From Tubiluchus corallicola (taxonomy: Eukaryota > Animalia > Priapulida): DNA of 64,000 bases. Positions 28,823 through 41,590 of the stretch are shown here, one piece after another; positions within the stretch are counted from its first letter, which is position 1, and the number at the start of each line of letters is the position of its first letter. Where the stretch lies: the NCBI GenBank assembly GCA_030141605.1, contig JAQGDQ010000774.1:33952-97951 (forward strand), in the 5' to 3' direction. Below the pieces are notes generated by a model. That model saw only the letters and a program-made list of their open reading frames with translations, was not told the origin of the DNA and ran no database searches. Position numbers and translations under genes: made by a program.

Positions 28823-29057
28823 TGGATAGACAGACAGACTGACTGACTGACTGACTGACTGACTGACTGACAGACAGACAGACAGACAGGCAGGCAGGCA
28901 GACAAATAGGTAGATACATAGTTTATACTTATATTGTAAAAATTCATTCTTTCAAAGGAAGTATAACATCATCTTGCCTTTTCATAATGATGCACAAGCA
29001 ATTTAACATTTACGTTACTGAGAAATTACAAGTGTCTTAGTATAGTGTATTTGTTAC

Positions 29058-29218
29058 CTCATCTTTGTCGTCTCCTCTTTTCCAGTGCATGTTCCCAAAG
29101 TACCCGCTCTTGAAGAGCAAAGTGGTGATGTAAACATATTCTCCGTTACACATGCCCATCTCATAAGCAGTAATCATTATTTCCCGAACCACGTCAGCAT
29201 GAGCGCTCACAACTATTA
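29058..29218 (-). CDS. NPR1-like: NPR-like receptor constant exon 2 (ligand-binding domain)
   Basis: ttttatattcAG|TA ATA GTT ... GAT GAG|GTAACA; 161 nt, phase 1 to 0. Encodes (V)IVVSAHADVVREIMITAYEMGMCNGEYVYITTLLFKSGYFGNMHWKRGDDKDE, typical of NPR ectodomains (REIM..A...G...GEYV, W.RGD..D). Confidence 0.92.
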
Positions 29219-29949
29219 CTGAATATAAAAAAACACAATTGATGAGAAAAAAGTTGCTAAAAAGCTGGAGGCGAAAATTAGGAATTTTAAAAGTACATTC
29301 CCAAAATTTTCTATACATACAAAGTTTTTCTATACAAAGCTATATTACTTAGCATTACGTTTATCTGTTTGAAAGACTCATGTAACTAGAAAAGAAAATT
29401 GTTAGTTTGTTAAAATGTTTGCGCCACCTGGTAAAGGAAAACCGGATGATTGCGTAAACATTAGTTCAGAATAAAGAATGCTCTAAAATATTAAAAACTA
29501 CAATAGCTTAATTTAAATCAAAGCTTAGATTAAATAATAATTACCTCGGATACTCAAATTTTGTTAAGCTTTCAAAGCAACGCGCGGCTCAGTGAATCTA
29601 CTAAGATTGGCAACGGTGCATTTTTGTCACATTCGCATGGCTGGCAAATAGAAGGCTGTACTGTGATAACTATGATCATGAACTGCAATGTTAGTTTCTG
29701 ACGTCATATGATGTAGAGCACATTTTTCATGATATCATGGGTTCAAGCAGTACTGTAACACTTATGCAAATGCTTGACGAGCAAGGAAAGATGCCTGCCA
29801 TTGCACAAACTGTGGTTAGTTTCTAACGTAAGCAATAGCTGTGTTCGGTTGCCGTTAATTAACTTTCTAAGCTAATTATTCAAATATGAGGAACAATTGT
29901 TAACTTTTATAGGCAAGAAAATGCATGTTTTGGACAGTAAATTAAAATG

Positions 29950-30270
29950 ACATTGAGTCTCAACAATCGTTCGGTTTTCTTTTAAACGGTACTACATCGC
30001 ATTCCCAGTGTGCACCACTGGCTCACAAACAACCGCTCTCTTGATCTTGCTGATAATATAAAGTAACTTAAACTTTCATTTAATTAGCAAAGAGTGCGCC
30101 ACAAATGCTCTGATTATTTTTTCGAACTTTAATGTTTTCTAAAGTTGTTTCAAATGACTTACCATCAAATGGCAGCGTCTAATGGTCATCGCGGGAGTTT
30201 AAATTTACAAGTTTTATACAGCGTTACTGCTAACGCAAGATCTGCATGCAATGAGACAGTACATATTTCA
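29950..30270 (+). mobile_element. Dispersed repeat family B
   Basis: Core aatggtcatcgcgggagtttaaatttacaagttttatacagcgttactg recurs at about 33440-33700 plus 34195-34260, at 49860-50105, and inverted at about 12830-13130. Confidence 0.7.
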
Positions 30271-30479
30271 AGTTTATTAGTGCCAAAAATATATACAATA
30301 CTAAGAAGAAACAGGACATACATACAATTTAATTTTGAAATATGACAGTATATACAAACGAAACAATTACTAACAAAACAATTATTATTAAATCTTCCTG
30401 TTAGTTATTTTAGTTATTTAAATGAAAAGTTTAATGATTAGTATTTAAAATAAATTATAATTCATCTGTTCCTCATTTT

Positions 30480-31090
30480 TAATGATATGATCATTACATA
30501 GTATATTGTTCATCATGTCATAAAAACACTTTTTCAATATAATCAATAAATGCCTTGATTACTTCAAAATCATTACTTTGCCTCACGAATAAAAATTTAC
30601 CAGCATCGTTTATGTGGAAAAATTCTGGTTTAATTACATTGATGTGATTATATAATTTTCCTCTAAGATCATTGTAATATGGACATTTCATAACAAAGTG
30701 TAATTCGTCTTCGAATATGAACATATACGATTCTCAGCCGGGATTTTTCCAGGTTTAACGTGCCTCTGTCTTCCAATGCACAAAGTATGAGAGCTGATTC
30801 TCAGTTTTGTACATTTTGTTATACCGGCCATATTTGGAATAACCAGAAAGCAAATAGATTTCTAGTTGATAGTGTTTTTTGAATTTGTTTTTGCTGAATT
30901 TGTTATTGAATTTTGAGTTTGTTTTGTCCATCATTTGTCGGATTTCTTCTTTCCAAAACAGAGTATCATCAGTTTTTATTTTTCCTCTAATTAATTAAGT
31001 AACTGTTTAGGTAAAAACGTTGTCTGGTTGTGAGAGACTACTACTTCATGATGCCCAAAGTCAAAAAATTCATGTTTGAGTAGCTTTATT
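30480..31090 (-). mobile_element. Decayed LINE 3' fragment with C-terminal zinc-finger region
   Basis: KLRISSHTL...PAENR...EDELHFVMKCPYYNDLR motif typical of RTE-X-type ORF2 ends; frameshifted. Confidence 0.7.
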
Positions 31091-31304
31091 ACGTTTTTTA
31101 TCTGTAAGAAAAATCATAACAAAATATAACACACAAATTTGAGCCAAAAAAGAAACAAAGGAATTAATAATAAAGTGAAACTGGATAATCAAAATAAACT
31201 TACATCATGGCTCTACTACTCTTGACAAATAAATGGTTTAACTGAGACAAACAATAAACGACAACAACAACAACAACAGCAACAACAACAACAACAACAA
31301 CAAC

Positions 31305-31335
<31 letters not shown>

Positions 31336-31664
31336 CTCTCTTAGCCAAGAACAGACTGCCAACTAGCCAGGTAAACTAGCTCTGTCAGTAGAGCATGACA
31401 GAAAGAAGCCAAGTCAAGACATACATACGAATGCAGGTAAAAAGGAAAGTTTAGGGGGGTTACAGAACGACAGAACACTGAAGTAATAAAATAACCTAAA
31501 ATCTTTCACACTGGTTATTCCAAACATGTTCAAAGCCATATACACGGTATATATACGTATATGCACATTATGTATATGTAAGGGATACAAAATTTCAAGA
31601 CGAATTTTGCACGCTTTATTTGTGAAGACTATGAAGTCTTGTCGTTTAATAGCATAATACGTTT

Positions 31665-31957
31665 ATTTTTTATTAATTATTATTATCACATTCAGTACAA
31701 TATAATGACATTAAGCACACAGTGACATCAAAATCATTACATCTACTGTATTAAATTGTTATGTTACATACACTATAGTTATCATAAAAGAATAATTGTA
31801 CTGCAGTGGGCTAGAGAAGCAAAGGCTTGTATAAGCCCACTGTCATGTGAACCCGAGAAAAAAAGAATGGATGAGAGAACAAAAAAAAGAACTGGGAGAA
31901 AGGTTAGATCACACAGGAAGGGTAGAAGGATGTGTTAGTGGAAATGGTAGGAAGAAA
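31665..31957 (-). mobile_element. Retroposon 3' end (about 290 bp, hairpin + A-rich tail), copy 1
   Basis: Highly similar inverted copy of 59314-59612; contains the hairpin cagtgggctagagaagcaaaggcttgtataagcccactg. Confidence 0.75.
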
Positions 31958-32741
31958 GATAATAGATTTCTACATGACGAGAGATTATACAAAGAAGGAT
32001 AATACATGACTGTAAGTTTTTAGAATTTCAGGCGTAAGATTCATTTTGCGTGCAAAGAGGCGGAAACTCAGAAATCGGATTACTGAGTTGCTTGTACGAA
32101 CTGTTCGCCAAGGTTCTATTATAGAAGTTGGAGGCGATAACACAACCTTTCTCTGCTTATACGAATGAAACTACATTACCCCGTAACAGGAAATAGACTG
32201 GCTAAACAAAACATACATAGAGATTGAATAAGAAATACTTCCAGTGAGAAACCAGGCAATTGTTAAGAAAAAAACACGTGTAGGTGAAAATGTTTAGTTT
32301 TCATGAAATTATGTAAGCCTTGCTTTCCAAGATTATTGCCTTTGCTTTTTTCTTCATTGGGGGCGGAAGTAGCTCAATATATAACTTGTAAATAAGAAAG
32401 TTAGCTGACGTCAGAGACATACGATTCCGATGTGCATCTAATCAATCCTCGGACAAACAAGTAATCAGCTTAAATTGCATTCAGTCAGCAAAGCAAACAT
32501 TAACTCAATATTCCTCTGTGATTCTCAATAGTGATATGGCAAATAAAGATGTTACTTGCTTGCATGTTTGCTTAGCTTGCTTACTTATTTACTTTTTAAA
32601 ATTGCAGAATATAAAGATTTCATTTATCATTATCATTATCATTATCATTATCATTATCATTATCATTATCATTATCATTATCATTATCATTATCATTATC
32701 ATTATCATCATCATCATCATCATCATCATCATTAATATTAA

Positions 32742-32834
<93 letters not shown>

Positions 32835-32874
32835 CATTATTATTATAATTATTATAATAATAATAATAATAATA

Positions 32875-32927
<53 letters not shown>

Positions 32928-32949
32928 GATTATCATTATCATTATGATT

Positions 32950-32981
<32 letters not shown>

Positions 32982-33696
32982 TATTATTAATATTAATAAT
33001 AATATTAACCTAATAATGTTTAACCTATTTTCACTGTTTCAGTGTGTCCGAACGCTTTTGTGTAAAGTGTGTTTCACTATGTATGCATATTGTATATTAT
33101 ATTGTTCATCAATAAACTTATATATATTTTTCCTGCTAATGGACAACAAAAACAACATTGTGTAATACAATACGGATGTGTGACCGGATCGAACTTCGTT
33201 ATCAGAACTTATTTAACACAAGCAAACATAAATAAATAACACAAGCTGCTTAATGGCGTTTTCCCTTTACTGTGTTTACAAGACTTACAACCGACACATG
33301 CTAATTTAGATGGGAAGAAAAGGGAATTTTCCCTATCTATGTGTAAACCGGGATAAAACTAGTAGTTAACTGAGCATTACCAATTTGAAAGATTTATCTT
33401 ACACTAAGCGGAAAAGAAAATTTTTGACAAATTAAAAATGTTGGGCGCCACCTGGTAAAACGTCACTGTATCAAATCCCAGTTTGCACCATTGGCTCACC
33501 AAAAAACAAAATAAACCATTGACCTTACTGACAAGATACAGTAACTTATTCTTTTGCTCAATTAGCAAAGAGTGCGCTACGAATGTTCTGATTATTTTTT
33601 AACAAAACGCAATGTTCTTTAAACTTGTTTAAACAACTTACTCATAAAGGCCATCGCGGGAGCTTAACTTTACAAATTTTACACAGCGTTACTGTT

Positions 33697-34190
33697 ATAT
33701 ATATGTATATATTAATTCTTTATTTGTCCTTAAAATGGTTCACTCATTATAATAAAACTGAGTAAGCCTCGGCGTAATGTTAAAATAACAACACTGTTCA
33801 AGACAAATGCGTCCAGTGCAGACTAAAAAAACTAAAGTGCAAAACTAAGGCCTAATTATAAACAATAAATGAACATATTTACAAACACCATATTAAAATA
33901 TTTTTACAAAACAATATTACAAAAGTACATTAAATTTTACATGACATATTTTACACAATATACATTTGACATGGCACAATTAACATAACACGTATTACAT
34001 TACATAATTTTTTTAAAAAAATTTTCATCTTTAATCGTTTTATGGAGTCAGGGGTGGGGGTAGATGAAAGTTGAGTCTGTGTAATTAGTATCAGATGCAC
34101 AATGTGGAAGTTGAAACCTGTTATATTGATATTCTTTTAATTTCTTTTTAAAGTGGTGGAGAGATTCTATTTGTTTTATTTCACTATTTC
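33697..34190 (-). mobile_element. LINE 3'-end fragment of the same family, inserted into a dispersed repeat
   Basis: Reverse complement carries TGCACTGGACGCATTTGTC, AATAAAG and a (TA)n tail. The host repeat resumes near 34195, with tgtta at both junctions. Confidence 0.65.
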
Positions 34191-34271
34191 GCTTGTTAAC
34201 ACAAGCCCCGTATACAGTAAGATAGCATGCGAGTGATATAAAATTTCAAGATGCATTTTTATATATGAAAA

Positions 34272-34396
34272 GTGGGTGCTTGTACTTTAATGCTACTAAT
34301 TCAAGTGAAGCAACACTGTACCTCTACTGTGAACAGTGGATGCTTGTACTTTAATGCCATTAATTGAAGTTAAGCAACACTGTACCTCTACTGTGA
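34272..34396. repeat. About 64-bp tandem duplication spanning the V1 splice donor
   Basis: gtgg(g/a)tgcttgtactttaatgc...aagcaacactgtacctctactgtga occurs twice. Confidence 0.8.
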
Positions 34397-35040
34397 TGAC
34401 TCGCTCGTTTCAAGATTAACGGATAATCTCTGCCCGTGTTTCTACGAAACCGATGAAAATTCAATTTGAGTCCTTTTATTGTAATCATAGTTTGACCCAA
34501 AATCTTGTGATACACGTCGTCAAAATCATACAGAAGGAATACGTGTTCAAACTGAAAGAAATTCATGGCATTCTGAAAATGCCTGGCCAGATCGTTCATG
34601 TTATGCGCCAGTCTGGTCAACGTTGTAAAGATGTTTTTATTTCCCAGTGTCGGATTCGAGCCTAGAGGTGTCACTACTGGTAGATTCCAATCGGAAGCCA
34701 TTCGGCCAAGTTGAAGTAGCAGGAAACTGCAAGCCGGTCCAATAAAAGCAGTGACATTCTTCGTGTAGTATATATCAGCAACGGTGGAGGCGATGTGTTC
34801 TCCACTACATTTTGTGCCGGTTGGAGAAGCCAGTTTTTCGTGAAAGATTTCTGCACGATTTCCCACAATTTGCACGGCCTTCTCCATGGCCATGTCAATA
34901 GCGGGGCCAGAACGGCGTATTTCATAAGGAAGGATGCCACCCCGAACAACAATGCTGATCATAAACACCTGCGAACAGCTAATGTCATTGTTTGACGCGA
35001 GTAACAGAAGCAGGAATGAAGCCAATACGTAGCCACGCAT
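34386..35040 (-). CDS. NPR1-like: NPR-like receptor, variable first coding exon V1 (proximal)
   Basis: ATG at 35040 (the ORF track starts at the preceding GTG); signal peptide MRGYVLASFLLLLLAS; motifs PYEIRRSGPAIDMAMEK, FIGPACS, SDWNLPVVTP, FTTLTRL. Ends AGT AGA G|GTACAG. 655 nt = 218 codons + 1. Confidence 0.9.
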
Positions 35041-35346
35041 CACGATGCACAGCTAGTCTGATTGTTTGACGCGAGTAACAGAAGCAGGAATGAAGCCAAC
35101 AGGTAGCCACGCATCACGATAAACAGCTAGTCTCATTGTTTGACGCGAGTAACAGAAGCAGGAATGAAGCCAACAGGTAGCCACGCATCACGATGGACAG
35201 CTAGTCTGATTGTTAGACGCGAGTAACAGAAGCAGGAATGAAGCCAACACGTAGCCACGCATCACGATGGACAGCTAGTCTCATTGTTTGACGCGAGTAA
35301 CAGAAGCAGGAATGAAGCCAACACGTAACCACGCATCACGATGCAC
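34975..35346. repeat. 74-bp tandem repeat x5 containing the V1 start codon and signal peptide
   Basis: Minus-strand ATGs at 35336, 35262, 35188, 35114 and 35040, exactly 74 bp apart. Confidence 0.95.
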
Positions 35347-35873
35347 TAATAAAGAAGACCTAGAAACTAAAACTGACAGTTTATGAAGTTTGGAGCACGC
35401 TTGCCTTTGCTTGAAGAGTATGAGCAAAGCAGACCTGCTAAGTGTAGTGTTGTTTGCGCACATACTTGTCAATACACCCTAGATACTCTCGCTTCACTCT
35501 GACCAATGACATAGACACACGTATCATTTACACCTATTCATACCAAAATATGCAAACACTGAGAATATATCGTAGTTACATGTAAGAGCCTGTCTGTAAG
35601 ACGTTTGCTGGCTTCATTTGAAATAACACGATTTAAATCATAAATGTCAATTCATGCTATGACGTCACTTCCTCATTTGGTAAACAAACAACACGCCTAG
35701 TTTTGATGTTCGATTAACGAAATAAAGTGGCCAAATCATTTTTCCTAAACAACACAAATGAACGTGACTCTCTTGGCTTCATTTGCCGGTTTTGCTGCAA
35801 TGAATTGAACACAAACAAGTGCTGAATAAATTGCTTTCCTTTAAATTAACGTTGTGGACATATCTGTCTAACA

Positions 35874-36356
35874 CAGGGGTGTGCAAATTATCTGACTAGC
35901 CGGGCCACATTAAACTTTCCCGCAATTTCTGCGGGCCACAGGCAGTTTGATCAAGGAGCCAAGTACAGAAAGACCTAATAACGATTTTTTTTGCATCCGT
36001 CCTGCGTACATCATTACTACTACACTCAAGAAACTATTTTAGAAGTTATTAAAATTTAGATTACAAACCATATATTTCTACTTTCAGGACAGATAGTGGT
36101 AATTTCATTATAATGCATATTAGTAATGTGTATCACACAGTCTGTGTAGTACAGTGACATTAAGCTACAACCGTCTTGTAAGGGTTAATGGCATCCGATC
36201 TAGTAGAAAAAACTACCCGCACTATCTTTGGGATCGTGGCACGGACTTCAGCTGGATACACTCAATTAATCGCCCGGGCCGTGCTTTCATTAGGTTGACA
36301 AATCCCTTCGCGGGCTGCAAAAGTTCTCTCGGTGGGCCGTAATTTGCACACCCCTG
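35874..36356. mobile_element. hAT-family (Charlie-like) MITE
   Basis: 17-bp TIRs CAGGGGTGTGCAAATTA / TAATTTGCACACCCCTG; 8-bp TSD gtctaaca / gtctaata (7 of 8 match). Confidence 0.88.
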
Positions 36357-37314
36357 GTCTAATATTCAAGGCAAATTTCATTACATAATAAAACACACGT
36401 ATAATTAGTAGTATAAGGTTTTGTGAGAAAAAACTTGCGCATGCGCAGTTTCGGAATAAACGGCATAATGCAATTTTCGATATAATTTTTGTCACTATTA
36501 AACTTGTTGTTGGTATTATTGTCACTGTTTCTGATGCTGTCATTGTCGCTATAGCTGTTGCTACTTTTGCTACTCCTATTGCTTTTTTTGTTTTCGTTCT
36601 GTTCCCGTTCCTGTCCCTATATCTGATCCTGTTACTATTTCTGATGTTGTTCCTGTTTCCGTTGATATTGCTGCAGCTGTCGCTGTAGTTGAGATTGTTG
36701 TTATTGCTGCTACTGCCGCTGGCTCTCATTGAACAAGCGTTCGAATATAGTCGCCAACACACCTACTGGTTCAGTGTTTCATTACAGAAGATTACTTTTG
36801 CACACATTTGCTAGTTCCCGGTACTGCTACAAGATCTATCTTGAGTAGGTCCTGTTACTCAATGCTATTCTCAGCTTGCAGAGTACCAAACTGTGTTGCT
36901 GTGTCACTTTTGCAGGTTTGCTTCAATTGTACAAGTCCCATACAGGACAGTTAATTTACGTAGGCGATATTTATTAAAGGAAAGAACAACTCACTTTACA
37001 TGTTAGGTCTAGCTTAGAAAATACAACAAAGAGATTTGCAAAAAACTGCTTATGAAGATATATTATACTAGTGTTGAGCTTAGAGTCTATATATATTGCA
37101 ATCTTGAATTTAGATTAAAATCTTCAGGTTTTTGCCACTAGGCGGCGATAAGGTAGAAGACAGGTAGAGATTGGTAGAGGCAGGAGATGTACGTTGTGTT
37201 TGAGATGGCGGTGGTAGTGAAAAGTGCGTTTTTAATATACTCTTGGTGTTCTAATTCACAACTACGCATGTAAACTTAGAGTTTTTCTCTTTAAAGCAAA
37301 ATCGGACAAAATCT

Positions 37315-37876
37315 CAAACTGTTGGTCAAAACAATCTACTCTTTAAAATATTGAAAGGAATCATACTATTTTTGCAAAAAATGACTTACGTGAAAGAATT
37401 ATTACCACACAAGCACAATTTAACACTCGCGTCACTAGTTCTTCTCAGTTCAAATGTGTTTTGGAATCATATTGCACAAAAAACAAGTGCTGTACCTCTC
37501 AGTTCAGATGTGTTAGTTTGCGACGAACTGTGTTCGACAGCTCATCCGTGAGCACAGCGGTAAATTTGAAATTTGAATTTTTATCTTAAAACTTGCCTAG
37601 TTTTTGTACAACACACTGAATATCTCACAGTAACACTGTACTCCAAATTTCGTTTTCAGAAATACGTGCAACATGCCGTGAAATATTTTTGCTTTTGAAA
37701 ATTATGTTAGTTTGTGATATCATCAATAGTTAGGCTCGCCCGCCGTTAATTAAGTTTTTAATCTATTATTTAATTATCAGAAACGCTTTTGCAGTATTAA
37801 TTGTGTTAAAATGTATAGTTTTTATCGGACTTGAAGATGGGGTAGTATATGAAAAATCATCCTGTCTTCCTTTAAC
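37315..37876 (+). mobile_element. Dispersed non-autonomous DNA-transposon-like repeat (family A)
   Basis: Inverted copy at about 40042-40620; partial copies at about 25265-25530 and 43905-44149. End sequence catcctgtc(t/c)tcctttaa. Confidence 0.75.
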
Positions 37877-39477
37877 TCATATTTGCGAATACATATAATC
37901 TTGCTGTCTTTTTTTAAAATTATATTTTTAATTTAAATGTAGAAAGCGAAGCAATCTAGTGTCAAAAATGATCTAAGACGTTTTTATTAGACTTTTTATA
38001 GATTAAACCAGACATTCGGTGACGATGATTATGAACTTATCCAACAGCAATAAATTTTTAGCAAATTTTAATATTTGTTCAAGTTATTAATGTGCAAAAG
38101 TGCAAAACTCGACATCTACTTCTGTTTAGAAATTGACGCGTGTAGTTATGGCAGGTAAGTTTAAAATGGAAGCGCCCTAGCGTTACGAACCTGCTAATTA
38201 CACCAAGCATGTTTTGGATATAAGCACGTGGTGCCTCCTTGTGTTTGTTTTTTGCAAATTTAGGCTGTTGATAGACAGGTGAGCTAGGACAGGAAATAGG
38301 CCATGGGCCTCATTTTGCAGACAGGATAGGAAAGAAGTATTCTTGTTTAGTACGTCGCGTCGTTTTGTCACAAAATTTTGTCAGTCGAGTTCTCTTTAGC
38401 AAGTTAGTAAGACGCGGCAAAGATGTAAGTTTGATTTCTTCATATTTCGTAATGTTATTATACATTTTCATTATAGCAGTTAATTATCTTTTTGACATTG
38501 GATTAGCAGAAAATGTTTTTTTATTTGGTTCAGATAAAACGAAGTCGAGTCGCACATAATATGTCAGTCAGTCAGTCAGTCAGTCAGTCAGTCAGTCAGT
38601 CAGTCAGTCGCGCACAAAGCACTACGCTTATTAGTTAATCCTACTAACTTTTTCGCGGACATTAAACTAAGAATAACTTTCTATTCTGACGTTTCCTTTA
38701 CGATTCTGCAATATAGAGGTTCTTATTGTCTGAAAACCGTTGATTATTATCCTCTGGTACGATAGTGAATAAACTCCATGACCACAGTACCATCATCACC
38801 TAACATGCAGGGTGCGTAACTAGGGTAAATGCTCAGGCAATGTCATAGTGACCTTTGACCTCGAATCAAAGGGTCAAGGACAGTGGACATGGGTCAGTTT
38901 TTCCATTGTCGTTCAACTCCTCCTGTGGCTTTAAATTAAATTAAATTCAATTTTTTTTCACAAGTTTTTAGGTGCGGGTTGGGGTGGGGCTGGGGATGGG
39001 GGGTGGTGGGGGTAATGTCCATCAGTGAGTTTAAAAAGCTGGAATTCTTTATTCCTTTATTGACAGCACATTTTCTTGTTCATTCATTCACTGCTTTGCG
39101 TGCTGACTGCCGGTTTAATAAACACTTTGTTTATTCGTCCATTATTCGTTCGTTCATTTTTTCGCTCAATCGAGTCAATTTACAGCAAAGCGTGAAAAAT
39201 TAGTTATGACAATGGAAACGCATTTCCGTTTCAGCGTAATGGATTCAGACAAAGTAGGAATGAAAAACAACACCTGGCTTTTCACGTAGCCTGGCTTCAC
39301 GAGTGTTAGTAGTTTAAGAACATCACGATAGATGTCACTAGTATACAATATTATGCTGCGCCGTTTTCTCGTTTGTGCGGCATTCATTAATTTTAACTTT
39401 TTATTCATTAGATAAGTCTTTCGTAGTCAGTTAATCAGAAAAACAATACAATTATCTTTGTTATAGTAACAGTAAAA

Positions 39478-39855
<378 letters not shown>

Positions 39856-40041
39856 ATTCTTTATTTTACCTTATTCTTTGTATGACACTTTAACCAATAA
39901 TTACACACAGCTATTAGTTATTTCCGCAGTGGTTCGCAAATCAAATCAAAAGCAGACAGTAATTTACTGAATCACTGTACATTGTCAGTGCAAGCATTAA
40001 AAATAACGAAGTTACGAAATTCGTTTTAGAAATTAAATAGG

Positions 40042-40620
40042 TTAAAGGAAGACGGGATGATTTTCATAAACTACCTCATTCTCAAGTAAGGTAAAAAGTA
40101 AACATAAAGTAAAAGTAAGGTAAACATTTTAACGCCAACAATATTGCAAAAACATTTCCGGTAATTAAAATAATAGACTAAAAACTTAATTAACTGCGAG
40201 CAAGTCCAACTATTGATGACATCACAAACTAACATAATTTTTAACATCAAAAATATTCCACGAGCATGTTAAACGTGTTTGTGAAAGCAAAAATTGAAGT
40301 GCTACTGTAAGATATTCAGTGTGTTGTACTAAAACTAAGCAAGTTTCAAGATAAAAATTCAAATTTCAAATTTACCGCTGTGCTCACGCATGAGCTGTCG
40401 AACAAGTACATTTCGTCAAAAACTAACAATCTGAACTGAGAGGTACAGCACCTTTTTGGTGCAACACTTTCCGAGGTACAAGCGCTAGTGCCCGTCAAAC
40501 TAGCTAATGGCGAAATTGCATTTGTGTGGTAATAATTCTTTCACGTAAGTCATTTTTGAAAAAATAGCATGTTTCCTTTCAATATTTTGTAGATTAGATT
40601 GTTTTAACCAACAGTTTAGG
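40042..40620 (-). mobile_element. Family A repeat, inverted copy
   Basis: Reverse complement of 37315-37876 (aaatttcaaatttaccgctgtgctcacgcatgagctgtcgaac; ttctttcacgtaagtcattttt). Confidence 0.75.
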
Positions 40621-40699
40621 ATTGGATCCGGGTTCGCTGTAGAAGCAAAACCTAAAATATTCACAAATTATACAGAACGGACTGAATAAACAAAATATA

Positions 40700-41590
40700 T
40701 ACAACTACATCAATCTATGCACAACTACATCAATCTATACACAACTACACACAATCTATACACAACTACACACAATCTATATACAACTACACACAATTTA
40801 TACACAACTACACACAATCTATACACAACTGCACATAATCTATGCACAACTACACACAATCTATGCACAATTACACACAATCTATGCACAACTACACACA
40901 ATCTATACACAACTACACACAATCTATGCACAGCTACACACAATCTATAACAACTACACACTATTTATACACTACTACACACAATCTATACACAACTACA
41001 CACAATCTATGCACAGCTACAAACAATCTATGCACAACTACACACATCTATACACAGCTGCACACAATCTATACACAACTACACACAATCTACGCACAAC
41101 TACACACATCTATACACAGCTACACACAATCTATACACAACTACACACAATCTATGCACAACTACACACATCTATACACAGCTGCACACAATCTATACAC
41201 AACTACACACAATCTACGCACAACTACACACATCTATACACAGCTGCACACAATCTATACACAACTATACACAATCTACGCACAACTACACACATCTATA
41301 CACAGCTACACACAATCTATACACAACTACACACAATCTACGCACAACTACACACACCTATACACAGCTGCACACAATCTATACACAACTACACACAATC
41401 TACGCACAACTACACACATCTATACACAACTACACACAATCTATGCACAACTACACACAATCTATACACAACTACACACAATCTATGCACAACTACACAC
41501 ATCTATACACAGCTACACACAATCTATACACAACTACACACAATCTATGCACAACTACACACAATCTATACACAGCTGCACACAATCTAT
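40700..41590. repeat. 21/19-bp CA-rich minisatellite
   Basis: aatctatacacaactacacac units, with a 61-bp (21+21+19) period in the right half. Confidence 0.9.

Noticed and set aside
38849-39013. TGACCTTTGACC nuclear-receptor DR1-like motif and G-rich tract (also AGGTCAAAGGTCA near 49761)
   Set aside because: Such motifs are common inside invertebrate interspersed repeats; no independent support for regulatory function.
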